Positions 12,131-24,229 of a stretch of DNA of 64,000 nucleotides are shown in pieces; position 1 is the first letter of the stretch, and every line of letters starts with the position of its first letter. The notes under the pieces were generated by a model that made no database searches, was not told the origin of the DNA, and worked only from the letters and a program-made list of their open reading frames with translations. The stretch spans positions 131,874,001 to 131,938,000 of the forward strand of contig OZ024743.1 of the NCBI GenBank assembly GCA_964016885.1. The letters are read 5' to 3'. The position numbers and the translations under genes were made by a program. This DNA is from Eledone cirrhosa. Taxonomy: Eukaryota.

Positions 12131-15100
12131 GCTTGGTGCTTGGTGTTTGGTGCTTGGTGCTTGGTGCCTGGTGTTTGGTCCTTGGTGCTTGGTGCTTGGT
12201 GCTTGGTGCTTGCTGTTTGGTGTTTGGTGTTTGGTTTTGGTGCTTGGTGTTTGGAGTTTGGTGTTTGGTGCTTGGTGCTTGGTGCTTGGTGTTTGGTGCT
12301 TGGTGCTTGGTGATTAGTGTTTGGTGATTGGTGCTTGGGGTTTGGTGTTTGGTGCTTGGTGTTTGGTGCTTGGTGCTTGCTGTTTGGTGTTTGGTTCTTG
12401 GTGCTTGGTGTTTGGTGTTTCGTGTTTGGTGCTTGGTGCTTGGTGCTTGGTGTTTGGTGCTTGGTGCTTGGTGCTTGGTGTTTGGTGCTGCGTGCTTGGT
12501 GTTTGGTGCTTGGTGTTTGGTGCTTGGTGCTTGGTGCTTGGTGCTTGGTGTTTGGTGATTGGTGCTTGGTGCTTGGTGCTTGGTGCTTGGTGTTAGGTGT
12601 TTGGTCCTTGGTGCTTGTTGTTTGGTGTTTTGTGCCTGGTGCTTGGCGTTTGGTGTTTGGTGCTAGGGGCTTGGTGCTTGATGCTTGGTGTTTGGTGCTT
12701 GGTGCTTGCTGTTTGGTGTTTGGTGCTTGGTGCCTGGGGCTTGTTGTTTGTTGTTTGGTGCTTAGTGCTTGGTGTTTGGTGTTTGGTGCTTGGTGCTTGG
12801 TGGCTGGTGCTTGGTGCTTGGTGTTTGGAGTTTGGTGCTTGGTGCTTGGTGCCTGGTGTTTCGTGCTTGGTGATTGGTGCTTGGTGTTTGGTGTTTGGTG
12901 TTTGGTGTTTGGTGCTTGGTGCTTGGTGCTTGGTGTTAGGTGTTTGGTCCTTGGTGCTTGTTGTTTGGTGTTTTGTGCTTGGTGCTTGGCGTTTGGTGTT
13001 TGGTGCTAGGGGCTTGGTGCTTGATGCTTGGTGTTTGGTGCTTGGTGCTTGCTGTTTGGTGTTTGGTGCTTGGTGCGTGGGACTTAGTGTTTGGTGTTTG
13101 GTGCTTGGTGTTTGGTGCTTGGTGTTTGGTGCTTGGTGCTTGGTGTTTGGTGTTTGGTGCTTAGTGCTTGGGGCTTGGTGTTTGGTGCTTGGTGTTTGGT
13201 GTTTGGTGCTTGGTGCTTGGTGTTTGGCGCTTGGTGCTTGGTGCTTGGTGTTTGGTGCTTGGTGCTTGGTGCTTGGTGCTTGGTGATTAGTGTTTGGTGC
13301 TTGGTGCTTGGTGCCTGGTGCTTGGTGCTTGGTGCTTGTTGTTTGTTGCTTGGTGTTTGGTGCTTGGTGCTTGGTGCTGGGTGGTTGGTGTTTGGTGTTT
13401 GGTGCTTGGTGCTTGGTGCTTATTGTTTGGTGCTTGGTGCTTGGTGCTTGGTGCTTGGTCTTTGGTGCTTGGTGTTTGGTGTTTGGTACTTGGGGCCTGG
13501 TGTTTGGCGCTTGGTGCCTGGTGCTTGGTGTTTGGTGCTTGGTGTTTGGTGCTTGGTGATTAGTGTTTGGTGCTTGGTGCTTGGTGCCTTGTGCTTGGTG
13601 CTTGGTGCTTGATGTTTGGTGCTTGGTGCTTTGGGTTTGGTGTTTGGTGCTTGGGGTTTGGTGTTTGGTGCTTGGTGCTTGGTGTTTGGTGCTTGGTGCT
13701 TGGTGTTTGGTGCTTGGTGCTTTGTGTTTAGTGCTTGGTGTTTGGTGCTTGGTGCTTGGTGCTTGGTTCTTGGTGTTAGGTGTTTGGTGCTTGGTGATTG
13801 GTGTTTGATGTTAGGTTCTTGGTGCTTGGTGTTTGGTGTTTGGTGCTTGGTGCTTGGTGTTTGGTGTTTGGTGCTTGCTGCCTGGTGCTTGGTGTTTTGT
13901 GTTTGCAGTTTGGTGCTTGGTGTTTGGTGCTTCGGTCTTGGTGTTTGGTGTTTGGTGCTTGGTGCTTGGTGGCTGGTGCTTGGTGCTTGGTGTTTGCAGT
14001 TTGGTGCTTGGTGCTTGGTGCCTGGTGTTTCGTGCTTGGTGCTTGGTGCTTGGTGTTTGGTGTTTGGTGCTTGGTGTTTGGTGTTTGGTACTTGGTGCTT
14101 GGTGCTTGGTGTTTGGTGCTTGGTGTTTGGTGCTTGGTGCTTGGTGCTTGGTGCTTGGTGTTTGATGTTTGGTCCTTGGTGCTTGTTGTTTGGTGTTTGG
14201 TGCTTCGTGCTTGGTGTTTGGTGTTTGGTGCTTGCTGCTTGCTGCTTGGTGTTTTGTGCTTGGTGATTGGTGCTTGGTGTTTTGTGCTTGGTGCTTGGTG
14301 TTTGGTGTTTGCTGCTAGGGGCTTGGTGCTTGATGCTTGGTGTGTGGTGCTTGGTGCTTGCTGTTTGGTGTTTGGTGCTTGGTGCGTGGGACTTAGTGTT
14401 TGGTGTTTGGTGCTTGGTGTTTGGTGCTTGGTGTTTGGTGCTTGGTGCTTGGTGTTTGGTGTTTGGTGCTTGGTGCTTGGGGATTGGTCTTTGGTGCTTA
14501 GTGTTTGGTGCTTGGTGTTTGGTGCTTGGTGCTTGGTGCCTGGTGTTTGGTGTTTGGTGTTTGGTGCTTGGTGTTTGGAGCTTGGTGCTTGGTGCTGGGT
14601 GGTTGGTGTTTGGTGTTTGGTGCTTGGTGCTTGGTGCTTATTGTTTGGTGCTTGGTGCTTGGTGCTTGGTGCTTGGTCTTTGGTGCTTGGTGTTTGGTGT
14701 TTGGTGCTTGGTGCCTGGTGTTTGGCGCTTGGTGCTTGGTGCTTGGTGTTTGGTGCTTGGTGTTTGGTGCTTGGTGATTAGTGTTTGGTGCTTGGTGCTT
14801 GGTGCCTGGTGCTTGGTGCTTGGTGCTTGATGTTTGGTGCTTGGTGCTTGGTGATTAGTGTTTGGTGCTTGGTGCTTGGTGTTTGGTGCTTGGTGCTTGG
14901 TGTTTGGTGCTTGGTGCTTTGTGTTTGGTGCTTGGTGTTTGGTGCTTGGTGCTTGGTGCTTGGTGCTTGGTGTTAGGTGTTTGGTGCTTGATGATTGGTG
15001 TTTGATGTTAGGTTCTTGGTGATTGGTGTTTGGTGTTTGGTGCTTGGTGCTTGGTGTTTGGTGTTTGGTGCTTGCTGCTTGGTGCTTGTTGTTTTAGTTT

Positions 15101-15350
15101 GGATTTTGGTGCTTGGTGTCTGGTGCTTCGGTCTTGGTGTTTGGTGTTTGGTGCTTGGTGCTTGGTGTTTGGTGTTTGGTGCCTGGTGCTTGGTGTTCGG
15201 TGCTTGGTGTTTGGTGTTTGGTGATTGGTGCTTGTTGTTTGGTCCTTGGTGCTTGGTGCTTGGTGCTTGGTGTTAGGCGTTTGGTCCTTGGTGCTTGGTG
15301 TTTGTTGTTTGGTCCATTGTGCTTGGTGTTTGGTATTTTGTGCTTGGTGC
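8930..15350 (+). repeat. Tandem duplication of about 3.2-3.4 kb (approx. 8930-12300 and 12300-15350)
   Basis: Matching blocks at offsets 3373 (8944/12317), 3317 (9623/12940, 9774/13091), 3226 (11041/14267) and 3233 (11762/14995). Each is a multiple of 7 minus the 1-bp deletion at 12233. Confidence 0.88.
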
Positions 15351-18300
15351 TTGGTGTTTGGTGTTTGGTGCTTGGTGCTTGGTGTTTGGTGTTTGGTGCT
15401 TGCTGCTTGCTGCTTGGTGTTTGGTGCTAGGGGCTTGGTGCTTGGTGTTTCGTGTTTGGTGCTTGGTGCTTGGTGTTTGGTGTTTGGTGCTTGGTGCGTG
15501 GGACTTGGTGTTTGGTGCTTGGTGTTTGGTGCTTGGTGTTTGGTGCTTGGTGCCTGGTGCTTGGTGTTTGGTGTTTGGTGCTTGGTGTTTGGTGCTTGTT
15601 GTTTGGTGCTTGGTGTTCGGTGCTTGGTGCTTGGTGCTTGGTGCTTGGTGTTTGGTGTTTGGTGCTTGGTGCTTGGTGTTTGATGTTTGGTCCTTGGTGC
15701 TTGGTGTTTGGTGTTGTGTGCTTGGTGCTTGGTGTTTGGCGTTTGCTGTTTGCTGTTTGGTGGTTGGTGTTTGCTGTTTGGTGTTTGCTGTTTGGTGTTT
15801 GGTGTTTGGTGCTTGCTGTTTGGTGCTTGGTGCTTGGTGTTTGGTGTTTGGTGCTTGGTGTTTGGTGCTTGGTGCTTGGTGCTGGGTGTTTGGTGCTTGG
15901 TGCTTGGTGTTTGGTGCTTGGTGCTTGGTGCTTGGTGTTTGGTCCTTGGTGCTTGGTGCTTGGTCTTTGGTGCTTGGGTTTTGGTGTTTGGTGCTTGGTG
16001 CTTGGTGTTTGGTGCTTGGTGCTTGCTGTTTGGTGTTTGGTGTTTGGTTCTTGGTGCTTGGTGTTTGGTATTTGGTGTTTGGTGCTTGGTGCTTGGTGCT
16101 TGGTGTTTGGTGCTTGGTGCTTGGTGCTTGGTGTTTGGTGCTGCGTGCTTGGTGTTTGGTGTTTGGTGCTTGGTGCCTGGGGCTTGTTGTTTGGTGTTTC
16201 GTGCTTAGTGCTTGGTGTTTGGTGTTTGGTGCTTGGTGCTTGGTGGCTGGTGCTTGGTGCTTGGTGTTTGGAGTTTGGTGCTTGGTGCTTGGTGTCTGGT
16301 GTGTCGTGCTTGGTGCTTGGTGCTTGGTGTTTGGTGTTTGGTGCTTGGTGTTTGGTGCTTGGTGTTTGGTGCTTGGTTCTTGGTGCTTGGTGTTAGGTGT
16401 TTGGTGCTTGGTGCTTGGTGTTTGATGTTTGGTCCTTGGTGCTTGTTGTTTGGTGTTTGGTGCTTGGTGCTTGGTGTTTGGTGTTTGGTGCTTGCTGCTT
16501 GCTGCTTGGTGTTTGGTGCTTGGTGATTGGTGCTTGGTGTTTTATGCTTGGTGCTTGGTGTTTGGTGTTTGGTGCTAGGGGCTTGGTGCTTGATGCTTGA
16601 TGTTTGGTGCTTGGTGCGTGCTGTTTGGTGTTTGGTGCTTGGTGCGTGGGACTTAGTGTTTGGTGTTTGGTGCTTGGTGTTTTGTGCTTGGTGTTTGGTG
16701 CTTGGTGCTTGGTGTTTGGTGTTTGGTGCTTGGTGCTTGGGGCTTGGTGTTTGGTGCTTAGTGTTTGGTGCTTGGTGTTTGGTGTTTGGTGCTTGGTGCT
16801 TGGTGTTTGGTGTATGGGGTTTGGTGCTTGTTGTTTGGTGCTTGGTGCTTGGTGATTAGTGTTTGGTGCTTGGTGCTTGCGGTTTGGTGTTTGGTGCTTG
16901 GGGTTTGGTGTTTGGTGCTTGGTGCTTGGTGCTTGGTCTTTGGTGCTTGGTGTTTGGTGTTTGGTGCTTGGTGCTTGGTGTTTGGTGTTTGGTGCTTGCT
17001 GCTTGCTGCTTGGTGTTTGGTGCTAGGGGCTTGGTGCTTGGTGTTTCGTGTTTGGTGCCTGGTGCTTGGTGTTTGGTGTTTGCTGCTTGGTGTTTGGTGC
17101 TTGGTGTTTGGTACTTGGTGTTCGGTGCTTGGTGCTTGGTGCTTGGTGTTTGGTGTTTGGTGTTTGGTGCTTGGTGCTTGGTGCTTGGTGTTTGATGTTT
17201 GGTCCTTGGTGCTTGGTGTTTGGTGTTGTGTGCTTGGTGCTTGGTGTTTGGTGTTGTGTGCTTGGTGCTTGGTGCTTGGTGTTTGGTGCTTGGTGTTTGG
17301 TGCTTGGTGTTTGGTGCTTGGTGTTTGGTGCTTGGTGCCTGGTGCTTGGTGTTTGGTGTTTGGTGCTTGGTGTTTGGTGTTTGGTGCTTGCTGCTTGCTG
17401 CTTGGTGTTTGGTGCTAGGGGCTTGGTGCTTGGTGTTTGATGTTTGGTCCTTGGTGCTTGGTGTTTGGTATTTGGTGCTTGGTGCTTGGTGTTTGGTGTT
17501 TGGGGCTTGGTGTTTGGTGCTTGGTGCTTGCTGTTTGGTGTTTGGTGTTTGGTTCTTGGTGCTTGGTGTTTGGTGTTTGGTGTTTGGTGCTTGGTGCTTG
17601 GTGCTTGGTGTTTGGTGCTTGGTGCTTGGTGCTTGGTGTTTGGTGCTGCGGGCTTGGTGTTTGGTGTTTGGTGCTTGGTGCCTGGTGCTTGTTGTTTGGT
17701 GTTTGGTGCTTAGTGCTTGGTGTTTGGTGTTTGGTGCTTGGTGCTTGGTGGCTGGTGTTTGGTGCTTGGTGTTTGGAGTTCGGTGCTTGGTGCTTGGTGC
17801 CTGGTGTTTCGTGCTTGGTGCTTGGTGCTTGGTGTTTGGTGTTTGGTGCTTGGTGTTTGGTGTTTGGTACTTGGTGCTTGGTGCTTGGTGCTTGGTGTTT
17901 GGTGCTTGGTGTTTGATGCTGCGTGCTTGGTGTTTGGTGTTTGGTGCTTGGTGCTTGGTGTTTGGTGTTTGGAGCTTGGTGCCTGGTGCTTGTTGTTTGG
18001 TGTTTGGCGCTTGGTGCTTGGTGTTTGGTGTTTGGTGCATGGTGCTTGGTGCTTGGTATCTGGTGTTTGGTGCTTGATGTTTGGTGTTTGGTGCTTGGTG
18101 TTTGGTGTTTGGTGCTTGGTGCTTGGTGTTTGGTGCTTGGTGTTTGGTGTTTGGTGTTTGATGCTTGGTGTTTGCTGCTTGGTGCTTGGTGCTTGGTGTT
18201 TTGTGTTTGGTGTTTGATGCTGCGTGCTTGGTGTTTGGTGTTTGGTGCGTGGTGCTTGGTGTTTGGTGTTTGGAGCTTGGTGCCTGGTGCTTGATGTTTG

Positions 18301-19399
18301 GTGTTTGGTGCTTGGTGTTTGGTGTTTGGTGCTTGGTGCTTGGTGTTTGGTGCTTGGTGTTTGGTGTTTGGTGATTGATGCTTGGTGTTTGCTGCTTGCT
18401 GCTTGCTGCTTGGTGTTTGGTGCTAGGGGCTTGGTGCTTGGTGCTTGGTGTTTGGTGCTTGGTGCTTGGTGCCTGGTGCTTGGTGCTTGGTGCTTGTTGT
18501 TTGGTGCTTGGTGCTTGGTGATTAGTGTTTGGTGCTTGGTGCTTGCGGTTTGGTGTTTGGTGCTTGGGGTTTGGTGTTTGGTGCTTGGTGCTTGGTGTTT
18601 GGTGCTTGGTGCTTGGTGCTTGGTGTTTGGTGCTTGGTGTTTGGTGCTTGGTGCTTGGTGTTTGGTGTTTGGCGTTTGCTGTTTGCTGTTTGGTGTTTGG
18701 TGTTTGCTGTTTGGTGTTTGCTGTTCGGTTTTTGGTGTTTGGTGCTTGCTGTTTGGTGCTTGGTGCTTGGTGTTTGGTGCTTGGTGCTTGGTGCTGGGTG
18801 TTTGGTGCTTGGTGCTTGGTGTTTGGTGCTTGGTGCTTGGTGCTTGGTGTTTGGTCCTTGGTGCATGGTGCTTGGTCTTTGGTGCTTGGGTTGTGGTGTT
18901 TGGTGCTTGGTGCTTGGTGTTTGGTGCTTGGTTCTTGGTGCTTGGTGCTTGGTGTTTGGTGATTGCTGCTTGGTGCTTGGTGTTTGGTGCTTGGTGCTTG
19001 GTGATTAGTGTTTGGTGATTGGTGCTTGGGGTTTGCTGTTTGGTGCTTGGTGTTTGGTGCTTGGTGCTTGCTGTTTGGTGTTTGGTGTTTGGTTCTTGGT
19101 GCTTGGTGTTTGGTGTTTGGTATTTGGTGCTTGGTGCTTGGTGCTTGGTGTTTGGTGCTTGTTGCTTGGTGCTTGGTGTTTGGTGCTGCGTGCTTGGTGT
19201 TTGGTGTTTGGTGCTTGGTGCCTGGTGCTTGTTGTTTGGTGCTTAGTGCTTGGTGTTTGGTGTTTGGTGCTTGGTGCTTGGTGGCTGGTGCTTGGTGCTT
19301 GGTGTTTGGAGTTTGGTGCTTGGTGCTCGGTGCCTGGTGTTTCGTGCTTGGTGCTTGGTGCTTGGTGTTTGGTGTTTGGTGCTTGGTGTTTGGTGTTTG

Positions 19400-22300
19400 G
19401 TACTTGGTGCTTGGTGCTTGGTGTTTGGTGCTTGGTGTTTGATGCTGCGTGCTTGGTGTTTGGTGTTTGGTGCTTGGTGCTTGGTGTTTGGTGTTTGGAG
19501 CTTGGTGCCTGCTGCTTGTTGTTTGGTGTTTGGTGCTTGGTGCTTGGTGCTTGGTATCTGGTGTTTGGTGCTTGATGTTTGGTGTTTGGTGCTTGGTGCT
19601 TGGTGCTTGGTGTTTGGTGTTTGGTGCTTGGTGCTTGGTGTTTGGTGCTTGGTGTTTGGTGTTTGGTGTTTGATGCTTGGTGTTTGCTGCTTGGTGCTTG
19701 GTGCTTGGTGTTTTGTGTTTGGTGCTTGGTGCTTGTTGTTTGGTGCTTGGTGCTTGGTGATTAGTGTTTGGTGCTTGGTGCTTGCGGTTTGATGTTTGGT
19801 GCTTGGGGTTTGGTGTTTGGTGCTTGGTGCTTGGTGTTTGGTGCTTGGTGCTTGGTGCTTGGTGTTTGGTGCTTGGTGCTTGGTGTCTGGTGCTTGGTGC
19901 TTGGTGTTTGGTGCTTGGTGTTTGGTGTTTGGTGCTTGGTGCTTGGTGCTTGGTGCTTGGTGTTTGATGTTTGGTCCTTGGTGCTTGGTGTTTGGTGTTT
20001 GTTGCTTGGTGCTTGGTGTTTGGTGTTTGGTGCTTGCTGCTTGCTGCTTGGTGTTTGGTGCTTGGTGATTGGTGCTTGGTGTTTTGTGCTTGGTGCTTGG
20101 TGTTTGGTGTTTGGTGCTAGGGGCTTGGTGCTTGGTGCTTGGTGTTTGGTGCTTGGTGCTTGCTGTTTGGTGCTTGCTGTTTGGTGATTGGTGTTTGGGG
20201 CTTGGTGTTCGGTGCTTGGTGCTTGGTGCTTGGGGCTTGGTGTTTGGTGTTTGGTGCTTGGTGCTTGGTGTTTGATGTTGGGTCCTTGGTGCTTGGTGTT
20301 TGGTGTTTGGTGTTTGGTGTTTGGTGTTTGGTGCTTGGTGTTTGGTGTTTGGTGCTTGGTGCTTGGGGCTTGGTGTTTGGTGCTTGGTGCTTGGTGTTTG
20401 GTGCTTCTGCTTGGGGCTTGGTAGTTGGTGCTTGGTGCTTGGTGCCTGGTGTTTGGTGTTTCGTGTTTGGTGCTTGGTGTATGGTGCTTGGTGCTTGGTG
20501 CTGGGTGGTTGGTGTTTGGTGCTTGGTGCTTGGTGTTTGGTGCTTGGTGCTTGGTGCTTGTTGTTTGGTGCTTGGTGCTTGGTGCTTGGTCTTTGGTGCA
20601 TGGTGTTTGGTGTTTGGCGCTTGGTGCTTGGTGCTTCGTGATTGGTGCTTGGTGCTTGGTGTTTGGTGCTTGGTGCTTGGTGATTAGTGTTTGTTGCTTG
20701 GTGCTTGGGGTTTGGTGGTTGGTGCTTGGTGCTTGGTGTTTGGTGTTTGGTGTTTGGTGTTTGGTGTTTGCTGTATGGTGTTTGGTGTTTCGTATTTGGT
20801 TTTTGCTGTTTGGTGTTTGGTGTTTGCTGTTTGGTGTTTGGTGTTTGGTGTTTGGTGCTTGGTGCTTGGTGCTTGGTGTTTGGTGCTTCGTGCTTGGTGT
20901 TTGGTGTTTGGTGCTTGGTGCCTGGTGCTTGTTGTATGGTGTTTGGTGCTTGGTGCTTGGTGTTTGGTGTTTGCTGCTTGGTGTCTGGTGTTTGGTGCTT
21001 GGTGTTTGGTGTTTGGTGCTTGGTGCTTGGTGCTTGGTGTTTGGTGTTTGGTGCTTGGTGCTTGGTGTTTGGTGTTTGGTGCTGGGTGCATGGAGTTTGG
21101 TGCTTGGTGCTTAGTGCTTGGTGTTTGGTGTTTGGTGCTTGGTATTAGGTGTTTGGTGTTTGATGCTTGGTGTGTGGTGTTTGGTGCTTGGTGTTTTGTG
21201 TTTGGTGCTTGGTGCTTGGTGACTGGTGCTTGGTGCTTGGTGCTTGTTGTTTGGTGCTTGGTGCTTGGTGATTAGTGTTTGGTGCTTGGTGCTTGGTGTT
21301 TGGTGCTTGGTGTTTGGTGCTTGGTGCCTGGTGCTTGGTGTTTGGTGTTTGATGCTTGGTGTTTGGTGTTTGGTGTTTGGTACTTGGTGTTCGGTGCTTG
21401 GTGCTTGGTGCTTGGTGCTCGGTGTTTGGTGTTTGGTGCTTGGTGCTTGGTGTTTGATGTTTGGTCCTTGGTGCTTGGTGTTTGGTGTTGTGTGCTTGGT
21501 GCTTGGTGGTTGGTGTTTGGTGCTTGGTGCTTGGTGCTTGGTGTTTGGTGCTTGGTGTTTGATGCTGCGTGCTTGGTGTTTGGTGTTTGGTGCTTGGTGC
21601 TTGGTGTTTGGTGTTTGGAGCTTGGTGCCTGGTGCTTGTTGTTTGGTGTTTGGCGCTTGGTGCTTGGTGTTTGGTGCTTGGTGCTTGGTGTTTGGTGTTT
21701 GGTGCTTGGTGTTTGGCGCTTGGTGCTTGGTGTTTGGTGTTTGGTGCTTGGGGTTTGGTGTTTGGTGCTTGGGGTTTGGTGTTTGGTGCTTGGTGCATGG
21801 TGTTTGGTGCTTGGTGCTTGGTGTTTGGTGCTTGGTGCTTTGTGTTTGGTGCTTGGTGTTTGGTGCTTGGTGCTTGGTGCTTGGTGCTTGGTGTTTGATG
21901 TTTGGTCCTTGGTGCTTGGTGTTTGGTATTTGGTGCTTGGTGCTTGGTGTTTGGTGTTTGGTGCTTGCTGCTTGCTGCTTGGTGTTTGGTGCTAGGGGCT
22001 TGGTGTTTGGTGCTTGGTGTTTGGTGCTTGGTGTTTGGTGCTTGGTGCCTGGTGATTGGTGTTTGGTGTTTGGTGCTTGGTGTTTGGTGCTTGGTGTTTG
22101 GTACTTGGTGTTCGGTGCTTGGTGCTTGGTGCTTGGTGTTTGGTGTTTGGTGCTTGGTGCTTGGTGCTTGGTGTTTGATGTTTGGTCCTTGGTGCTTGGT
22201 GTTTGGTGTTGTGTGCTTGGTGCTTGGTGCTTGGTGTTTGGTGCTTGGTGCTTGGTGCTTGGTGTTTGGCGTTTGCTGTTTGCTGTTTGGTGTTTGGTGT

Positions 22301-24080
22301 TTGCTGTTTGGTGCTTGCTGTTTGGTGCTTGGTGCTTGGTGTTTGGTGTTTGGTGCTTGGTGTTTGGTGTTTGGTACTTGGTGCTTGGTGCCTGGTGTTT
22401 GGTGCTTGGTGTTTGATGCTGTGTGCTTGGTGTTTGGTGTTTGGTGCTTGGTGCTTGGTGTTTGGTGTTTGGAGCTTGGTGCCTGCTGCTTGTTGTTTGG
22501 TGTTTGGTGCTTGGTGCTTGGTGCTTGGTATCTGGTGTTTGGTGCTTGATGTTTGGTGTTTGGTGCTTGGTGCATGGTGCTTGGTGTTTGGTGTTTGGTG
22601 CTTGGTGCTTGGTGTTTGGTGCTTGGTGTTTGGTGTTTGGTGTTTGATGCTTGGTGTTTGCTGCTTGGTGCTTGGTGCTTGGTGTTTTGTGTTTGGTGCT
22701 TGGTGCTTGTTGTTTGGTGCTTGGTGCTTGGTGATTAGTGTTTGGTGCTTGGTGCTTGCGGTTTGATGTTTGGTGCTTGGGGTTTGGTGTTTGGTGCTTG
22801 GTGCTTGGTGTTTGGTGCTTGGTGCTTGGTGTTTGGTGCTTGGTGCTTGGTGTCTGGTGCTTGGTGCTTGGTGTTTGGTGCTTGGTGTTTGGTGTTTGGT
22901 GCTTGGTGCTTGGTGCTTGGTGTTAGGTGTTTGGTGCTTGGTGCTTGGTGTTTGATGTTTGGTCCTTGGTGCTTGGTGTTTGGTGTTTGTTGCTTGGTGC
23001 TTGGTGTTTGGTGTTTGGTGCTTGCTGCTTGCTGCTTGGTGTTTGGTGCTTGGTGATTGGTGCTTGGTGTTTTGTGCTTGGTGCTTGGTGTTTGGTGTTT
23101 GGTGCTAGGGGCTTGGTGCTTGGTGCTTGGTGTTTGGTGCTTGGTGCTTGCTGTTTGGTGCTTGGTGTTTGGTGCTTGGTGTTTGGGGCTTGGTGTTCGG
23201 TGCTTGGTGCTTGGTGCTTGGGGCTTGGTGTTTGGTGTTTGGTGCTTGGTGCTTGGTGTTTGATGTTGGGTCCTTGGTGCTTGGTGTTTGGTGTTTGGTG
23301 TTTGGTGTTTGGTGTTTGGTGCTTGGTGCTTGGTGTTTGGTGTTTGGTGCTTGGTGCTTGGGGCTTGGTGTTTGGTGCTTGGTGCTTGGTGTTTGGTGCT
23401 TCTGCTTGGGGCTTGGTAGTTGGTGCTTGGTGCTTGGTGCCTGGTGTTTGGTGTTTCGTGTTTGGTGCTTGGTGTATGGTGCTTGGTGCTTGGTGCTGGG
23501 TGGTTGGTGTTTGGTGCTTGGTGCTTGGTGTTTGGTGCTTGGTGCTTGGTGCTTGTTGTTTGGTGCTTGGTGCTTGGTGCTTGGTGCTTCGTGATTGGTG
23601 CTTGGTGCTTGGTGTTTGGTGCTTGGTGCTTGGTGATTAGTGTTTGTTGCTTGGTGCTTGGGGTTTGGTGGTTGGTGCTTGGTGCTTGGTGTTTGGTGTT
23701 TGGTGTTTGGTGTTTGGTGTTTGCTGTATGGTGTTTGCTGTTTCGTATTTGGTTTTTGCTGTTTGGTGTTTGGTGTTTGCTGTTTGGTGTTTGGTGTTTG
23801 GTGTTTGGTGCTTGGTGCTTGGTGCTTGGTGTTTGGCGTTTGGTGCTTGGTGCTTGGTGTTTGGTGCTTCGTGCTTGGTGTTTGGTGTTTGGTGCTTGGT
23901 GCCTGGTGCTTGTTGTATGGTGCTTGGTGCTTGGTGATTAGTGTTTGGTGCTTGGTGCTTGGTGTTTGGTGCTTGGTGTTTGGTGCTTGGTGCCTGGTGC
24001 TTGGTGTTTGGTGTTTGATGCTTGGTGTTTGGTGTTTGGTGTTTGGTACTTGGTGTTCGGTGCTTGGTGCTTGGTGCTTG
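19400..24080 (+). repeat. About 2.97 kb duplication (approx. 19400-21400 and 22370-24080)
   Basis: Offsets 2974 (19449/22423, 19764/22738), 2988 (20069/23057) and 2953 (20687/23640). Both copies carry the 6-bp unit CTGCTT followed by GGGGCTT GGTAGTT, and TTCGTATTTGGTTTTTGCTG. Confidence 0.85.
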
Positions 24081-24229
24081 GTGCTTGGTGTTTGGTGTTT
24101 GGTGCTTGGTGCTTGGTGTTTGGTGCTTGGTGCCTGGTGCTTGGTGTTTGGTGTTTGATGCTTGGTGTTTGGTGTTTGGTGTTTGGTACTTGGTGTTCGG
24201 TGCTTGTTGTATGGTGCCTGGTGCTTGGT

